Shown piece after piece: positions 8,721 through 11,935 of a stretch of DNA of 11,935 nucleotides. Below the pieces are notes generated by a model. The model was not told where the DNA came from and did not search any database. It worked only from the letters and a program-made list of their open reading frames with translations. This DNA comes from Octopus sinensis (lineage: Eukaryota), in contig NW_021826756.1 of NCBI RefSeq assembly GCF_006345805.1, positions 1 through 11,935 of the forward strand, read 5' to 3'. A program made the position numbers and the translations under genes. Position 1 is the stretch's first letter. Each line of letters opens with the position of its first letter.

Positions 8721-9395
8721 TCCATTATTCTAAAGATCCAATATTCTCAAAGTTTCGTAGTCAACGGTAGTTTGTACATACATATTTTTTACGATATTTT
8801 TACATTTATTTTACGATATTTTTTACGTTATTTTTAATTTGTAAATTATTAATTTTTATCACTTCTAAATATTTTTCTTTTTGTATTTTGTCATTCATTC
8901 GCAATTGTGTACGTCCACTTTTCACTAGTTTTTATTCGAATATATTTATTTGTCATTGCTTTCATTATTATATCATCACAAGTATATATTTTAATTTTCA
9001 TCCCTACATATTATTAATTTTATATGAATGTTTGTAGGCATAAGTCACGTTAGAATTTAGTTTTGTAAATTTTTAATTTTTATTATAAATCAATTAAATT
9101 TTTATTTGAATTAAATTATGGCTTGTACAGTAAGGTTCGGCGAAGTTATTTGCACATACGCATATTTATCTGTTAAAAAATTAAAATATAGAATTTGATA
9201 TTGAATTATAATAAAGTTATTTAGAGACCTGACGATTGGGATTGCGTTTTAAGAAATGTTCCTGTAAAACACTGCGTGCTTAACGAACGGCAAAAGAACC
9301 TCAAGAAAGACGTGTAGCAGAAATATTTAGAAATGAGTTGTAAGCATTAAAATAAAATTCTTTTATATAGTGTGATGACGGGGACTGCTATCTCT

Positions 9396-9400
<5 letters not shown>

Positions 9401-9435
<35 letters not shown>

Positions 9436-9512
9436 TACATACATACATACATACATACATACATACATACATACATACATACATACTTACATACATACAT
9501 ACATACATATAT
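9401..9512. repeat. (CA)n + (CATA)n microsatellite
   Basis: Directly visible. Confidence 0.97.
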
Positions 9513-9714
9513 AAACATAATCAAATAGGGTAATAAAATAAATTATTATTACCAGTGGCCTAGCACAAAAGACGAATTAGTCATTAGACTATATATTTTT
9601 CGTATAGAAATATAATAAAAGGCTTCCAAATAAGGAAGCGTAGTGTTAGAACCACAAAAAGGGATAAATTCATGAAAGGAAAGAAAATTAAAAACATTTA
9701 CCATCTCAGCTATA

Positions 9715-9790
9715 TCCCAGACCGAAAGGTTTCTACCTATTTTTAGCAAACACACAGAATATATTTGCCAGGCCAGGTTCTTCAGTGGGA
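9715..9790 (-). ncRNA. Type I hammerhead ribozyme motif (left arm)
   Basis: Minus strand: TCCCA-CTGAAGA-ACCT..AGGT-A-GAAA-CC TTTC GG-TC-TGGGA. Confidence 0.72.
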
Positions 9791-9814
9791 AGCCTTCGTA
9801 AGGATACGAAGGCT

Positions 9815-9890
9815 TCCCACTGAAGAACCTGGCCTGGCAAATTATTCTGTGTGTTTGCTAAAAAAGAGGTAGAAACCGTTCGGTCTGGGA
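9815..9890 (+). ncRNA. Type I hammerhead ribozyme motif (right arm)
   Basis: Stem I TCCCA 9815-9819 / TGGGA 9886-9890; core CTGAAGA 9820-9826; stem II ACCT 9827-9830 / AGGT 9867-9870; GAAA 9872-9875; stem III ACCG-TT-CGGT; GUC triplet with predicted cleavage after 9885. Confidence 0.75.
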
Positions 9891-10001
9891 TATAGCTGAG
9901 ATGGTAAATGTTTTTAATTTTCTTTCCTTTCATGAATTTATCCCTTTTTGTGGTTCTAACACTACGCTCCTTATTTGAAAGTTTTTTATTATATTACATA
10001 T

Positions 10002-10010
10002 TATATATAT

Positions 10011-10093
<83 letters not shown>

Positions 10094-10094
10094 T

Positions 10095-10136
<42 letters not shown>
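10002..10136. repeat. (TA)n + (GATA)n microsatellite
   Basis: Directly visible. Confidence 0.97.
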
Positions 10137-10222
10137 GAATGAATAATAGTAGATGAGTGTACTGATACACTCATCTACTAATATTAGTGTCTGTACACTC
10201 ATCTACTATCATTCATTTATCT
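10130..10222. repeat. Nested fold-back palindrome
   Basis: TAGTAGATGAGTGTA (10147-10161) is the exact reverse complement of both 10166-10180 and 10194-10208. Outer arms extend through GATGAATGA/TCATTCAT. Confidence 0.9.
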
Positions 10223-10552
10223 CTCTCTACATATATATCTGTTTACGTATATATTTGCTGATCTCATTAGTTTAATTGTACCTCTTAAACACATGTTTGG
10301 TATCATTCAATAAATAGACATAATGGAGTGTTTACTGGCTGATGTTTATCAATTTTATATCCTCTCCATTTTCTTATTTGCCTTATAAGTCCTGGGTAAA
10401 TTTCCAACTTACCCCCACCCTTACCTAGTATTCAATTGCAATATTGCCATGCAATAGTAAGCACTTGGTTAAAAATACGTAGGTACATATCCAATGGTAT
10501 ATTGGATATTTAATATCCCTTAGATGGTTTATTAACCTGTAACTCATACAGA

Positions 10553-10573
10553 CATATATGCATATATATATAT

Positions 10574-10622
<49 letters not shown>
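10553..10622. repeat. (TA)/(TG) microsatellite
   Basis: Directly visible. Confidence 0.95.
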
Positions 10623-11005
10623 ATCAATAATAATAAAGGGTAAAATTAATTAATCAATTAATAATTAATAATTTTACCAAATATTTCAGTATGTTAAAAG
10701 AACCATTATCGGTAAACTTATATAAAAATTCTATAATTAAGAGCATAATTATAATTAGGGTTCAGCAAAATATGCTTCACCATATACCGAAATTTAGAAA
10801 TAGCAGTTAAAATACTATTCTCACTACCATAAGATATCTCCAAGACAGCAATACTCAACAACTCACGCAAGTAAAGAGAAAAAAAATAACGAATCCACCC
10901 GGCTCTGATTAACTGTATACGCGTTTCAGGGTTAGAGAGATGTAAAAAATGTAAAATCATATTTCTACTGTACTGACGAAGGGAATGTGTTGCTGTAAAT
11001 TTCAA
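10621..11005 (-). mobile_element. Second putative Penelope-like terminal-repeat element with 5' inversion
   Basis: Hammerhead 3' half CCCT-GAAAC-GC-GTA-TACAGT on minus (10912-10931) and matching 5' half ACTGTA-CTGACGA-AGGG on plus (10967-10983). Terminal hairpin like that of the 9515 element; flanked by microsatellites. Confidence 0.55.
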
Positions 11006-11007
11006 CT

Positions 11008-11012
11008 ACACA

Positions 11013-11060
<48 letters not shown>

Positions 11061-11140
11061 ACACATACACACACACACAATATATATATATATATTTAAT
11101 ACAGACACACGCGCACACACACACATTCACACACATGTAT
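11008..11140. repeat. (CA)n/(TA)n microsatellite
   Basis: Directly visible. Confidence 0.95.
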
Positions 11141-11253
11141 ATCACTGTATCACTATATCGATCAGACAGTCAGATATGATCATACATCGCTATTCACAAC
11201 ACGTTTCCTCACGGTAGTGTAGCTTCCGAATGACGTCAGGCGGGCAGCACCAG

Positions 11254-11302
11254 TATATGTGTGTGTGTGTGTGTATGCGTGTGTGCACGAGCGCGTATAT
11301 GT
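11254..11302. repeat. (TG)n microsatellite
   Basis: Directly visible. Confidence 0.9.
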
Positions 11303-11935
11303 GCAGTAACTAGAAAATGAGAAAGAATAAGCATTGAGAAAAACTAACAGCAAAATAGTGTAAAGCTAGGATCAATATTTATATTTATATATTTATTTCC
11401 TCCTAGTATATAGAACTTAGGAGGAAATACTAATAAGGTATGTATACTAAAATCGTGAAGCATGTTACGTAATAACAGGCTATTCAGATATGAGATAATA
11501 ACAATTCAAAGTAAATAACTCTGAAAAAAGCTTTTGTGCGTTCGCAAAGAATATTACCCTCAACAGCGCTAGTGTTGGTATATTTGGGAATAAGACACTA
11601 ACCGAAATAAGTGGATCTATTGTTAAGGAAAATACTATTTACGTGTTTAAGGGTTGTACTGGATAAATTGCGAAAATAACTCTAACAGTTCAAATACTAA
11701 GAAATAAACACACTCAATTTGATTTATACTAAATGATTTAGGAAAATAAATGGGTTATTTCCCTTGGCAGTTAAAATCTGGGCGAATGGGGGTTTTTTCC
11801 TTGGATATTAAAATGAAATATATTGGATATATATAAGGATCCCTTCCAGGGGCCCTATTATCAATATTTCTACAACCTGAGTATGCCATGAGGTTTCCGG
11901 ACATGAGCTGTACTCACGTTTCAAGTTTCAAAAAA

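Larger units (their letters stand above)
9515..9995 (-). mobile_element. Putative non-autonomous Penelope-like terminal-repeat element with an inverted partial duplicate
   Basis: Hammerhead motif near the 5' end, inverted partial copy 9805-9995, microsatellites on both sides. No ORF, so the PLE assignment is inferred from architecture. Confidence 0.6.
9609..9995. repeat. ~387-bp near-perfect palindrome (arms 9609-9800 / 9805-9995, loop AGGA)
   Basis: Manual arm comparison shows about 5 substitutions and 3 single-base indels over ~190 bp; centre GCCTTCGTA-AGGA-TACGAAGGC. Confidence 0.97.

Noticed and set aside
9229-9275. CTGACGA...GAAA hammerhead-like core
   Set aside because: Stem II is mostly G-U pairs and there is no stem I complement.
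9549-10202. ORFs in the palindrome and (GATA)n
   Set aside because: Mirror-image short ORFs in both arms plus repeat translation; no homology signal.

Overview
AT-rich, repeat-saturated eukaryotic DNA with no intact host protein-coding gene. The tRNA-derived SINE families and compound microsatellites look like those of Octopus (recognised from memory, not searched). Contents: several tRNA-SINE copies from at least three module combinations, one full-length with a 12-bp TSD; an internally deleted DD37D (maT-type) Tc1/mariner transposase relic; three 3' fragments of restriction-like-endonuclease (R4/Dong-like) LINEs; a 5'-truncated RTE LINE nested in an old SINE; and a ~150-bp antisense 28S rRNA fragment inside one LINE relic. 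The most striking part is 9.5-11.9 kb, a cluster of non-coding, microsatellite-embedded, Penelope-like modules. It includes a ~387-bp near-perfect palindrome with a type I hammerhead ribozyme motif on each strand, a second hammerhead whose halves lie on opposite strands (apparent 5' inversion), a shared terminal hairpin, and a nested fold-back palindrome. Most ORFs in the supplied track are microsatellite or antisense artefacts.
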